The notes under the pieces are model-generated. The model searched no databases, was not told the DNA's origin, and saw only the letters and a program-made list of their open reading frames with translations. The position numbers were made by a program, and so were the translations under genes. Shown one piece after another: positions 1 through 6,771 of a stretch of DNA of 11,499 nucleotides (position 1 is its first letter; the number at the start of each line of letters is the position of its first letter). The stretch comes from Candidatus Eiseniibacteriota bacterium (GTDB taxonomy: Bacteria > ARS69): assembly GCA_052390515.1 (NCBI GenBank), contig JBQTGV010000205.1, positions 1 through 11,499 of the forward strand, written 5' to 3'.

Positions 1-1448
1 AGTCGAACGATCGCGTCGTCATCGACCGCTGCCGCTCTCAGCACCGACGCCAGCTCCCGCGGTTCGTACCGCGGCAGCAGCGAGATGGCCGTGGCGCGGG
101 CGATCGGCGGCACGGCACCGTCGGCGACGACGCCGAGCAGCGCCTCGCGCGCGCCGGCTGCCGCGGTCCGCCCGGCATGGATCGCTTCGCCCCAGTGCGG
201 CCCGGCCCGCCTGTCCGCGCCGTACCAGCCGGCCACCGCGTCCGCCGCCCACGCCGCGGTCCGGTCCGTGTGGCACGTGGTGCACGCGTCGGGCGTGCCG
301 AGCTTCGCGGAGAGATCCGGCCGCGGGATGCGGAACGAGTGATCGCGGCGAGGGTCGACGACCATGTACGTGACGGCCGGCATGTGGCACTCCACGCACT
401 GGGCGCCGCGCGTTCCGGGCTCGTGGAAATGGTGCGACGGAGCGTCGTAGTCTTCCATGGAGTGGCACTGACCGCAGAGCGCGTTGCCCGGGACGCGCAG
501 CCGCGCGCTGTGGGGGTCGTGGCAGTCCGAGCACTTCACGTCCTGGAAGTACATCTCGCTCTGTAGGAACGACCCCCACTCGTACACCTCGTCCCGCATC
601 TGTCCGTCCGCGTGGTACAGCCCCTCGTCGAGCAACGCCGGGCGATGCGTGTCGAGCAGCGGGCCGCCCGCCGGCTCCTCGGTGATCGTCGAGCGCCGCG
701 AGTGGCAGCGCCCGCAGGTGTCCACCTCGCGCTCGGAGATGGGGCGCGCGGAGAGCGGATCTTCGCCCCGTTCGCCTCCGTCACCGCCGGCCGCCGCGGC
801 GCGCGCCCACTCCACGTGCGTGGCGGCCGGTCCGTGACAGGCCTCGCAGGAGACGTCGACCTCCGACCACGTCGTCTCGAAGCGGTCGCCCTTCTCGCGG
901 TATCCTTTCTCCAGATTCGTCGAGTGACACTCCGCACAGACGTGGTTCCAGTTCTGGTTCGGGCCCTCCCAGTGCAGAGGATCGCCCGGGGGGACGGCCT
1001 CGTCGGGGTAGATGTGGAACCAGCGCTGTCCGCCGGCCGCCGCCTCCCGCGAGTCCCAGCACCAGGGAAGCACCTGCATGCGGCCGTCGGGCCGCGCCAC
1101 GAGATACTGCTGCAGCGGATCGGCGCCGAACGTGTACGCGATCTCGTGCTCGACGGCCGAGCCACCGCCGGCCTCTTCGATCCGCACGACGGGCTTCCCG
1201 GCGCGCAGCAGGAACGTCGCGGTCTCGCCGAAGTGCTCGAGCGTGGCACCCCCGAAATCGCCGAGCACGTTCGCGGCCGTGGCCGGCTCCATCGCCCGGT
1301 CGTGGTCCGATCCGGCCCAGGCCGCGCTCTCCCGGGGGTGGCACTCCGCACAGGAGTCCCCCCCGGCGAAACCGTCGTCAGCCGGCGGGGCGGCGCATCC
1401 GGCGAGGAAGGCCACCAGGGTGAGACGACCGTTTCGGGCGATGGGCAT
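1..1448 (-). CDS. Multiheme (8 x CxxCH) c-type cytochrome lipoprotein with a probable HEAT/TPR-like C-terminal region; 3' end runs off the window
   Basis: Manual translation, not in the ORF track. SD GGAGGAGG 6 nt before ATG at 1448. MPIARNGRLTLVAFLAGC ends in a lipobox. Heme motifs: CAECH (1338-1352), CAECH (924-938), CEACH (834-848), CGRCH (702-716), CSDCH (519-533), CGQCH (462-476), CVECHM (381-398), CTTCH (270-284). Also blocks YTFGADPLQQYLV, DEVYEWGSFLQSEMY, DPRRDHSFRIPRP. Frame is open to position 1 and ends in helical ...PIARATAISLL...DDDAIVR. Confidence 0.93.
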   Translation of the reverse strand, partial: MPIARNGRLTLVAFLAGCAAPPADDGFAGGDSCAECHPRESAAWAGSDHDRAMEPATAANVLGDFGGATLEHFGETATFLLRAGKPVVRIEEAGGGSAVEHEIAYTFGADPLQQYLVARPDGRMQVLPWCWDSREAAAGGQRWFHIYPDEAVPPGDPLHWEGPNQNWNHVCAECHSTNLEKGYREKGDRFETTWSEVDVSCEACHGPAATHVEWARAAAAGGDGGERGEDPLSARPISEREVDTCGRCHSRRSTITEEPAGGPLLDTHRPALLDEGLYHADGQMRDEVYEWGSFLQSEMYFQDVKCSDCHDPHSARLRVPGNALCGQCHSMEDYDAPSHHFHEPGTRGAQCVECHMPAVTYMVVDPRRDHSFRIPRPDLSAKLGTPDACTTCHTDRTAAWAADAVAGWYGADRRAGPHWGEAIHAGRTAAAGAREALLGVVADGAVPPIARATAISLLPRYEPRELASVLRAAAVDDDAIVR

Positions 1449-1564
1449 TCGGCGCCTCCTCCGGGAACCGTTCGGGCCGGGTGTCGGTTTACCGCGTCAT
1501 CCCGTTCCGGGGAAGCGCGAGCCGCCGGCCGGCGGTTCGGAATCGGCCCGAGCGGCCCCGCGGC

Positions 1565-1594
1565 TTGACACCCGCGCGAGCGGCTTCCTAGGCT
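1565..1594 (+). promoter_or_regulatory. Sigma70-type promoter for the amidase
   Basis: Perfect TTGACA (1565-1570), 18-bp spacer, TAGGCT (1589-1594), 38 nt upstream of ATG 1633 in the divergent intergenic region. Confidence 0.6.
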
Positions 1595-1632
1595 GGCCCC
1601 CCGGAACCCGCAACCCTGCAGCCCGAGCCGTG

Positions 1633-2997
1633 ATGCCCGCGTCGACCTCGAAGCTCCTTCCCGCGCGCCTGGCTTCCCCGGGGATGGCCGCCGCCTCGGT
1701 GATGGCCGCTTGGCTGGCCGCCGCCGTCCCGGCGGGCGCAGTGGACCTGCTCGCAGTGCGGCACTGGTCGGCACCGGACCACACCCGGATCGTCATCGAT
1801 CTCTCCGCCAGGGCTTCCTTCCTGCACTTCGCCCTGGAGGATCCGCCGCGCATCGCGGTCGAGGTGGAGGGGGGGCGCTTCCGACTGCCGAGCACGCAGG
1901 TGGCGGTCGGCGACGGCCTCGTCCGTCAGGTCCGGTTCAACCTGCTCGCGCAGAGCGGCAAGGCCCAGGTCGTCGTGGATCTGGAGAGCAGCACGCGCTA
2001 CGACGTCTTCGCCCTGGAGAAGATCGAGGCGAAGCCGCACCGCATCGTCATCGACGTGAAGCGGCCGCCGGCGGCGGCGGCGCCCGAGTCCCTGTCGCGG
2101 CGACCGGCGGCGCCCCGGGACGGACGCGTCGTCGGGCCGAGCGAGTTCGGCGATTTCCTCATCATGATCGACCCCGGGCACGGGGGCGAAGACGCCGGGC
2201 GGCGCAACCCCGACGGGACCACGGAGAAAAGGCTCGCGCTGGAGCTGTCCAAGGCGGTCGCGGCGGAGATCAACGCTCGCGCCGGCTACCGGGCGGAGCT
2301 GACCCGCAAGGGCGACTACTTCGTGAGCCTGGGCCGGCGCCGCGAGATCGCCGAGCAGAGGGGGGCGCACCTCTTCGTCAGCGTGCACTTCAACGCCGCG
2401 CCCTCGTCCGCGGCGCGCGGGACGGAGGTGTTCTTCGTGTCGCTGTCGGGCGCGGACAGCCGCGCCACGCGGGAGCTCGAGGAGGCGGAGAACTCCGCGG
2501 ACCTGGTCGGAGGGGTCCCTCCGGCCGACGCCGCGACGCAGAGCAGCCTGACGCGCATGCTCGTCGACCTTCGCCAGAACGACAGCGTCGAGCGCAGCCA
2601 GCGCTTGGCCACGGAAATCACCGACCACGTGGACCGGATCCGGGGTGTTCAGACGCGCCGGGTCAAGCAGGCCGGCTTCGCCGTGCTGAAGTCCCTGTTC
2701 ATTCCGGCGGTGCTCGTGGAGGCCGGGTTCCTCACCAACCGGGACGACCTGCGCTTCTTCCTCTCCGAGACGAACCGCGCTCGCTACGCGAAGGAGATGG
2801 CCGACGCGATCGTGGACTACTGCGAGGACGTGGAAGTGCCGCGCCTGGGCTGGAAGATCCACACCGTGGACACGGGGGAGACGCTCTCCAACATCGCCAC
2901 GGCCTACGCGATGGACATCGAGGACCTGCGCGGCGTGAACGCCCTGGTCACCGACCGGATCGTCCCAGGGCAGAAACTGCGGGTGCGGCCGCGGTAG
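1633..2997 (+). CDS. N-acetylmuramoyl-L-alanine amidase (AMIN + Amidase_3 + LysM; AmiB/AmiC-like)
   Basis: Signal-like N-terminus. AMIN-like (VRHWSAPDHTRIVIDLS...LEDPPRIAVEV). Amidase_3 Zn motifs IDPGHGGED, EK, FVSVHFNA, AVLVEAGFLTN. C-terminal LysM HTVDTGETLSNIA...IVPGQKLRV. The ORF-track start at 1012 overlaps the cytochrome gene; the real start is 1633 (alternatives 1684, 1702). Confidence 0.95.
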   Translation: MPASTSKLLPARLASPGMAAASVMAAWLAAAVPAGAVDLLAVRHWSAPDHTRIVIDLSARASFLHFALEDPPRIAVEVEGGRFRLPSTQVAVGDGLVRQVRFNLLAQSGKAQVVVDLESSTRYDVFALEKIEAKPHRIVIDVKRPPAAAAPESLSRRPAAPRDGRVVGPSEFGDFLIMIDPGHGGEDAGRRNPDGTTEKRLALELSKAVAAEINARAGYRAELTRKGDYFVSLGRRREIAEQRGAHLFVSVHFNAAPSSAARGTEVFFVSLSGADSRATRELEEAENSADLVGGVPPADAATQSSLTRMLVDLRQNDSVERSQRLATEITDHVDRIRGVQTRRVKQAGFAVLKSLFIPAVLVEAGFLTNRDDLRFFLSETNRARYAKEMADAIVDYCEDVEVPRLGWKIHTVDTGETLSNIATAYAMDIEDLRGVNALVTDRIVPGQKLRVRPR

Positions 2998-3023
2998 AGC
3001 GCAGCCACGACCGCGACGGCCCG

Positions 3024-4544
3024 TTACCGCCGCACCTCGACCTTCGCCCCCCAGGTCTCGGCGCCGATCCGGGCGCGGACGAAGTACACGCCGGACGCCA
3101 CCGGCCCTCGCGTCTCGTTGGTGAGGTCCCAGGTACGCAGGATCTCCCCGGCGACGTATCGCCCGCTGTTGAGCGCGCGCACCTTTCGGCCGGTCACGTC
3201 GTACACGGCGATCTCCTCGATGGCCTCGTCCTGCATGGCTTCCGGGACGCGCACCGCGACCTGCACGTGCGTCTCCGCAGGGTTCGGCCAGGTGCGGATC
3301 GACAACGGCCCCGAAGCGACGCCGGCGGCCGGCGCGCCCACCGCGTCCTTGTCGAAGGGCCAGAAAGTCGAGTAGAGAAGGCTGTCGGTGTACGCCTCGT
3401 GGACCTTCATCGTCACGCGGTCGGTGAGCACGTCGAAGCGCGTCGTTCCCCACTTGTCGTCGAAGGCGAACACCAGCGCGTTCGGAGGGATCTTGGAGAG
3501 CTGCGGATAAGGCGTCGCGCGGTTGATCCGCGCGCCGGAGATCCCCAGCGTGATGTACACCACGCCCTTCTTGTCGTTGCGCTTGTCCTTCTTGATCGGG
3601 ACGGTCTCGGCGAAGCAGTGCTGATCGCCGTTGATCATGAAGACCCACTTCACGTTCGGCTTGCGGTCGTAGATGGACTCGACGTCGCGGAGGAACGAGA
3701 CCGATCCGGTGCGCAGCGTCTCCGCCGGCGCGTCCGGGAACTCCGCGTGCGAGTACAGGATGTTGGGACGGTTGTAGAGGTTCTCCACGCCGTAGAACGT
3801 GCGGTGGCAGGAGACGAACACGACCTCGACCGTCGAGGGGAGGCTGTCGATCTCTGCGTTGAACCACACCCGCTGCGAAGAACCGGCGGTGTTCAGGGAA
3901 TCGAACGGCGTCAGGCAGTACGGATAGAACGTGTCGTCCCAGTTCGTGTCGCTGTTGTTGTTCACGACGAGCATGGCGGCGCGCGCGGGCTGGCCGAAGT
4001 ACGCCGAGAACCAGCGCCGGCAATCGGCGACGGCGCTGGCGGAGTCGCAGCCGAAGGCCGGCTCCCACCAGTTCGCCGGAGCGTAGTGGTTCAGCGAGTC
4101 CGCCCAGATGAACACGACCTGGCTCGAGTCCGTGCCCACGTCGGCTTCGTGGTTGCCCATTCCGTAGGCCTTCGGTCCCGGCACCTGGTTCCAGATGGAG
4201 AAGAAGCGGTCGTACACGTCGGGATCGATCCAGGAATGGGAGTCGATGCCGGCGTCGCCGTTCAGGTAGGTGAAATCGGGCTGCGGCTGGCGCACCTGCT
4301 GGTTCGAGACGATGGCCTGGAACGTGTCGCAGCAAGGAATGGAATCGCAGGGCGGCACGGGGCAGCGCGGGATGCTGTCCCAGGGTGTGACGATCCAGCA
4401 CTGGATCGGGCACTGCGTGTCGGAGTACACGTCGATGACGATGTCGTCGGGGTCCGCCACCGGGATCTGCAGATCCGCGGCGAGGGAGAGCGCGGGGACG
4501 GCCAGCGAGACGCCGAGCCACGCGAATCGGGAGAGGACCGACAC
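3024..4544 (-). CDS. Secreted calcineurin-like metallophosphoesterase with C-terminal FlgD-Ig/T9SS-type sorting domain
   Basis: AGGAG SD 6 nt before GTG 4544; signal peptide ending ...PALSLA. Metal-binding motifs SDTQ, NGD, GNHE, VSCH, GDQH. C-terminal WPNP...VYDVTGRKVR...WD...VASGVYFVR. Confidence 0.8.
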   Translation of the reverse strand: MSVLSRFAWLGVSLAVPALSLAADLQIPVADPDDIVIDVYSDTQCPIQCWIVTPWDSIPRCPVPPCDSIPCCDTFQAIVSNQQVRQPQPDFTYLNGDAGIDSHSWIDPDVYDRFFSIWNQVPGPKAYGMGNHEADVGTDSSQVVFIWADSLNHYAPANWWEPAFGCDSASAVADCRRWFSAYFGQPARAAMLVVNNNSDTNWDDTFYPYCLTPFDSLNTAGSSQRVWFNAEIDSLPSTVEVVFVSCHRTFYGVENLYNRPNILYSHAEFPDAPAETLRTGSVSFLRDVESIYDRKPNVKWVFMINGDQHCFAETVPIKKDKRNDKKGVVYITLGISGARINRATPYPQLSKIPPNALVFAFDDKWGTTRFDVLTDRVTMKVHEAYTDSLLYSTFWPFDKDAVGAPAAGVASGPLSIRTWPNPAETHVQVAVRVPEAMQDEAIEEIAVYDVTGRKVRALNSGRYVAGEILRTWDLTNETRGPVASGVYFVRARIGAETWGAKVEVRR

Positions 4545-4576
4545 GGCAAGCTCCTGGAGCCGGGGGCTTCGTCTCG

Positions 4577-4585
4577 ATTCTAGCA
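4577..4585 (-). promoter_or_regulatory. Extended -10 promoter (TGnTAGAAT) for the phosphoesterase gene
   Basis: Minus strand reads TGCTAGAAT, 32 nt upstream of the GTG start, in the short intergenic gap. Confidence 0.5.
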
Positions 4586-4602
4586 GAGCCGGGGGGGCGG
4601 AT

Positions 4603-5112
4603 TCACCTCGGCCGGAACCCCGCGGTGGCCACCCAGGAGTCGAACTCGGCGTCCAGCGCCGCCCGCCGCTCGCGCCAGAGGCGGCGCATCGTCGCCTCGT
4701 CGGGCACGTGCAGGTACCCCGGGGAGACCAGCTCCCGCGCCTCGTGGATCTCGACCAGGAGGACCGCTTCCACGGGATACGTCGAGCCTTCTTCGGCGAA
4801 GATGCGGCGCTTCGCCTCGTCGAACTCCGGGCCGCCGCGGAGCGCCGTGCCGCGACCGAGGAAGCGGTAGCCCCGCCGCGAGAGCTGCTCCACCACGTTC
4901 AGCTCGATCCACGCGTTCCGCTCGAGGTTCGCGCGCGTCTGCGGCGAGGCGATGTCCAGGAAGTAGAGGTGCCGGTCGTCCCAGACGCGGATCGTTCCCT
5001 TGGGAGAGAGGTTGGGGCGTCCATCGGCGGTCACGGTGGCGGCGAAGCACAGGTGCGCCGCCCGGATCACGGCGCGCATGTCCTCGTCGAGACGCGAGAA
5101 GGCCTCCGGCAT
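4603..5112 (-). CDS. Pyridoxamine 5'-phosphate oxidase family (FMN-binding split barrel) protein, 169 aa
   Basis: MPEAFSRLDEDMRAVI...FAATVTADGRPNLSPKGT...LYFLDIASPQTRANLERN...RRGYRFLG...SPGY. The ORF-track extension to 5526 is antisense to GT9 and is not used. Confidence 0.88.
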   Translation of the reverse strand: MPEAFSRLDEDMRAVIRAAHLCFAATVTADGRPNLSPKGTIRVWDDRHLYFLDIASPQTRANLERNAWIELNVVEQLSRRGYRFLGRGTALRGGPEFDEAKRRIFAEEGSTYPVEAVLLVEIHEARELVSPGYLHVPDEATMRRLWRERRAALDAEFDSWVATAGFRPR

Positions 5113-5118
5113 TCGGGA

Positions 5119-5129
5119 AGCGTAGCACA
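5119..5129 (-). promoter_or_regulatory. Extended -10 element directly upstream of the PNPO-family start (probable leaderless mRNA)
   Basis: Minus strand TGTGCTACGCT, then 6 nt, then ATG (5112); no SD. Confidence 0.5.
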
Positions 5130-5156
5130 TTCCGAGTTGCGGTAAGCTCCCCGGCC

Positions 5157-5201
5157 ATGTGCGGGATCGACGGGTTCGCCCACCTGGACTCGAGCGCGTG
5201 A
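5157..5201 (+). pseudogene. 14-codon ORF MCGIDGFAHLDSSA*, resembling the N-terminus of a class II (Ntn) glutamine amidotransferase (AsnB/GlmS); remnant or leader peptide
   Basis: ATG TGC GGG ATC GAC GGG TTC GCC CAC CTG GAC TCG AGC GCG TGA. The stop overlaps the GT9 start (GTGA, 5198-5201). TAAGCT -10-like hexamer at 5143-5148. Confidence 0.5.
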
Positions 5202-6193
5202 ACGCCGCCCCGCTCGTGCTCGTGTGTACGCCGTACTGTCCGTCTTCGGTCGGCGAGCAGATCGTGCAGATTCCGTTCTTCCGTCTGCTGCGCGCGGAGC
5301 AGCCGGAGGCACGCATCCTGGCGGTAGCGCCGGCGGAGTCCTCGGCGCTCCTGGACGCGCTCGGAGTTGCGGATGAGCTGCGCACGGTTCCTCCGGGCGC
5401 CGGTGCGTGGAGCCTGCTGCGCATCGCGCGGGAGCTGCGCGCCGCGGGCGTCCGATCCGCGTTCCAGTTCCGGCGAAGGTCGCTGCGCACGGCGCTGCTC
5501 TGCCGTCTCTCGACGTCCGGCCTCATCGCGGGGTTCGCGGGTCACGGAAGCTCCCTCTATCAGAGGCGAACGGTGCGGTTCGACCGGCGGCGCTACATCG
5601 CGTCGAGCTACCTGGACCTGCTCGGCCGCACCCTTCGGGACTTCGCCGAGGCGTTTCCCTCGACGGCGGAGGGATACGCGCTCGTCGTGCCGCTCGGGCG
5701 AACGGAGAGGAAGCGATACCCGCTGGCGCGCTACCTGCAGGTTGCGCGTCGGCTCCGCGAGCGCATGCCCGTGCGGTTCCTGCTCGGCCCGGGCGAGCGC
5801 GAGCACAAGGAAGCGATCGAGCGGGGCGGAGGGGGTGCGTTCGCCGTGGACTTCGCGCCGCCGTTCGCCGAGGTGGAGCGCCGCGTGCGCCGGGCGTCTC
5901 TCGTCGTCGCGAACGACTGCGGGCCGGCGCACTTCGCCCACATCCACGACGTTCCGAGGATCAGCCTCTTCGACAGCGCGATCAACTCGGACCACTGGTT
6001 CTTCGCGGGACGGCACGGGCGGCTGCTGCGGTCCCCCGCGTCCGGCGAGATCGGGCGCATCGCGCCGGAGAAGGTCCTCGAGCTGGCCGACGAGCTGCTC
6101 GGCCCAGCCGGTTCGCGCGGCCCGACCGGTTCGTCAGGCCCAACCGGTTCGCGCGGTCCGACCGGTTCGACCGGATCAGCGGCCGCGCGTTGA
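5198..6193 (+). CDS. Glycosyltransferase family 9 (ADP-heptose:LPS heptosyltransferase-like)
   Basis: N-terminal SSVGEQIVQIPFFRLLR...PEARI, ERKRYP, and C-terminal ASLVVANDCGPAHFA...VPRISLF matching the GT9 D(S/T)GxxHxA motif. Start GTG 5198 preferred; GTG 5159 is the alternative. Confidence 0.88.
   Translation: MNAAPLVLVCTPYCPSSVGEQIVQIPFFRLLRAEQPEARILAVAPAESSALLDALGVADELRTVPPGAGAWSLLRIARELRAAGVRSAFQFRRRSLRTALLCRLSTSGLIAGFAGHGSSLYQRRTVRFDRRRYIASSYLDLLGRTLRDFAEAFPSTAEGYALVVPLGRTERKRYPLARYLQVARRLRERMPVRFLLGPGEREHKEAIERGGGGAFAVDFAPPFAEVERRVRRASLVVANDCGPAHFAHIHDVPRISLFDSAINSDHWFFAGRHGRLLRSPASGEIGRIAPEKVLELADELLGPAGSRGPTGSSGPTGSRGPTGSTGSAAAR
6101..6181 (+). repeat. Imperfect 18-bp tandem repeat, 4.5 copies, encoding (Gly-X-Y)9
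   Basis: ggcccagccggttcgcgc / ggcccgaccggttcgtca / ggcccaaccggttcgcgc / ggtccgaccggttcgacc / ggatcagcg = GPAGSR GPTGSS GPTGSR GPTGST GSA. Confidence 0.9.
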
Positions 6194-6198
6194 TCCAG

Positions 6199-6591
6199 TC
6201 ACCCCGGGAAGCGGCCTGGCGGCGGCTCCCACAGCTCGATACGGTTTCCTTCCGGATCCATCACCCAGCCGAACTTCCCGTACTCCGTCTCCTCGGTGCG
6301 CGAGTCCACGTCGCAGCCCTCGGCGCGGAGCTCGGCCAGCACCGCGGCGAGGTTCTCGACACGGTAGTTGATCATGAACGCGGCGGTGCTCGGCGCGAAG
6401 TACGTCGACGAATCCGGGAAGATGCTCCAGACGGTGGCCCCGTGCGGCTGGGGGTCCGGCTCGTTCCATGGGAACGCCGTCCCGCCCCAGGGCTGCACGT
6501 CGATACCGAGATGCCGGCGATACCACTCGCGCAACGCGTCGGGGTCCTTCGCCTTGAAGAAGACGCCGCCGATTCCCGTCACTCTCCTCAT
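6199..6591 (-). CDS. VOC family (glyoxalase/bleomycin resistance) protein, 130 aa
   Basis: MRRVTGIGGVFFKAKDPDALREWYRRHLG...FMINYRVENL...EYGKFGWVMDPEGNRIELWEP. Confidence 0.93.
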   Translation of the reverse strand: MRRVTGIGGVFFKAKDPDALREWYRRHLGIDVQPWGGTAFPWNEPDPQPHGATVWSIFPDSSTYFAPSTAAFMINYRVENLAAVLAELRAEGCDVDSRTEETEYGKFGWVMDPEGNRIELWEPPPGRFPG

Positions 6592-6635
6592 GTGGCGACC
6601 ACCGGGGCGACGATCAGGGCGGGACGGCGGATCAT
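6588..6635 (-). other. 15-codon upstream ORF MIRRPALIVAPVVAT*, coupled to the VOC gene
   Basis: Strong SD GGAGGAG (6644-6650) 8 nt before ATG 6635. Mostly GC3 codons. The stop overlaps the VOC start as ATGA (6591-6588). Confidence 0.5.
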
Positions 6636-6741
6636 GGACGGAACTCCTCCGGAGTGGGGGTGAATCGAGAGTAGTCGTTGGAAGTGCCCTCGCACAAGAA
6701 GCCGGCAAGGCGAATTCGCTGCGCGGGACGCGCCCCCGCGG

Positions 6742-6771
6742 TTGCCGCCGCGGCACCGGATCGCCTAGGCT
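6742..6771 (+). promoter_or_regulatory. Sigma70-type promoter for the molybdenum hydroxylase
   Basis: TTGCCG (6742-6747), 18-bp spacer, TAGGCT (6766-6771); same geometry and -10 as the amidase promoter. SD GGAGG at 6788-6792. Confidence 0.5.

Noticed and set aside
1630..1635. TGATG overlap at the amidase start suggesting a third coupled leader ORF
   Set aside because: No start codon in that frame between the predicted promoter and the TGA.
19..1774. Several track ORFs over 19-1774 (186, 412, 318, 187 aa and others) and the 1012-1632 extension of the amidase ORF
   Set aside because: The region is explained by the octaheme cytochrome in a different minus frame; these are off-frame or antisense artefacts.
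1588..4583. 977-aa (-) and 957-aa (+) long ORFs
   Set aside because: Shadow frames of the amidase and phosphoesterase genes with no recognisable domains.
5199..5260. Read-through or frameshift joining the MCGI stub to a full amidotransferase
   Set aside because: The sequence after the TGA in that frame (TPPRSCSCVRR...) has no amidotransferase motifs such as HRGPD, and the region encodes GT9.
6101..6181. Tandem repeat as a CRISPR array
   Set aside because: Units are 18 bp and directly adjacent with no spacers, and there are no cas genes in the window.
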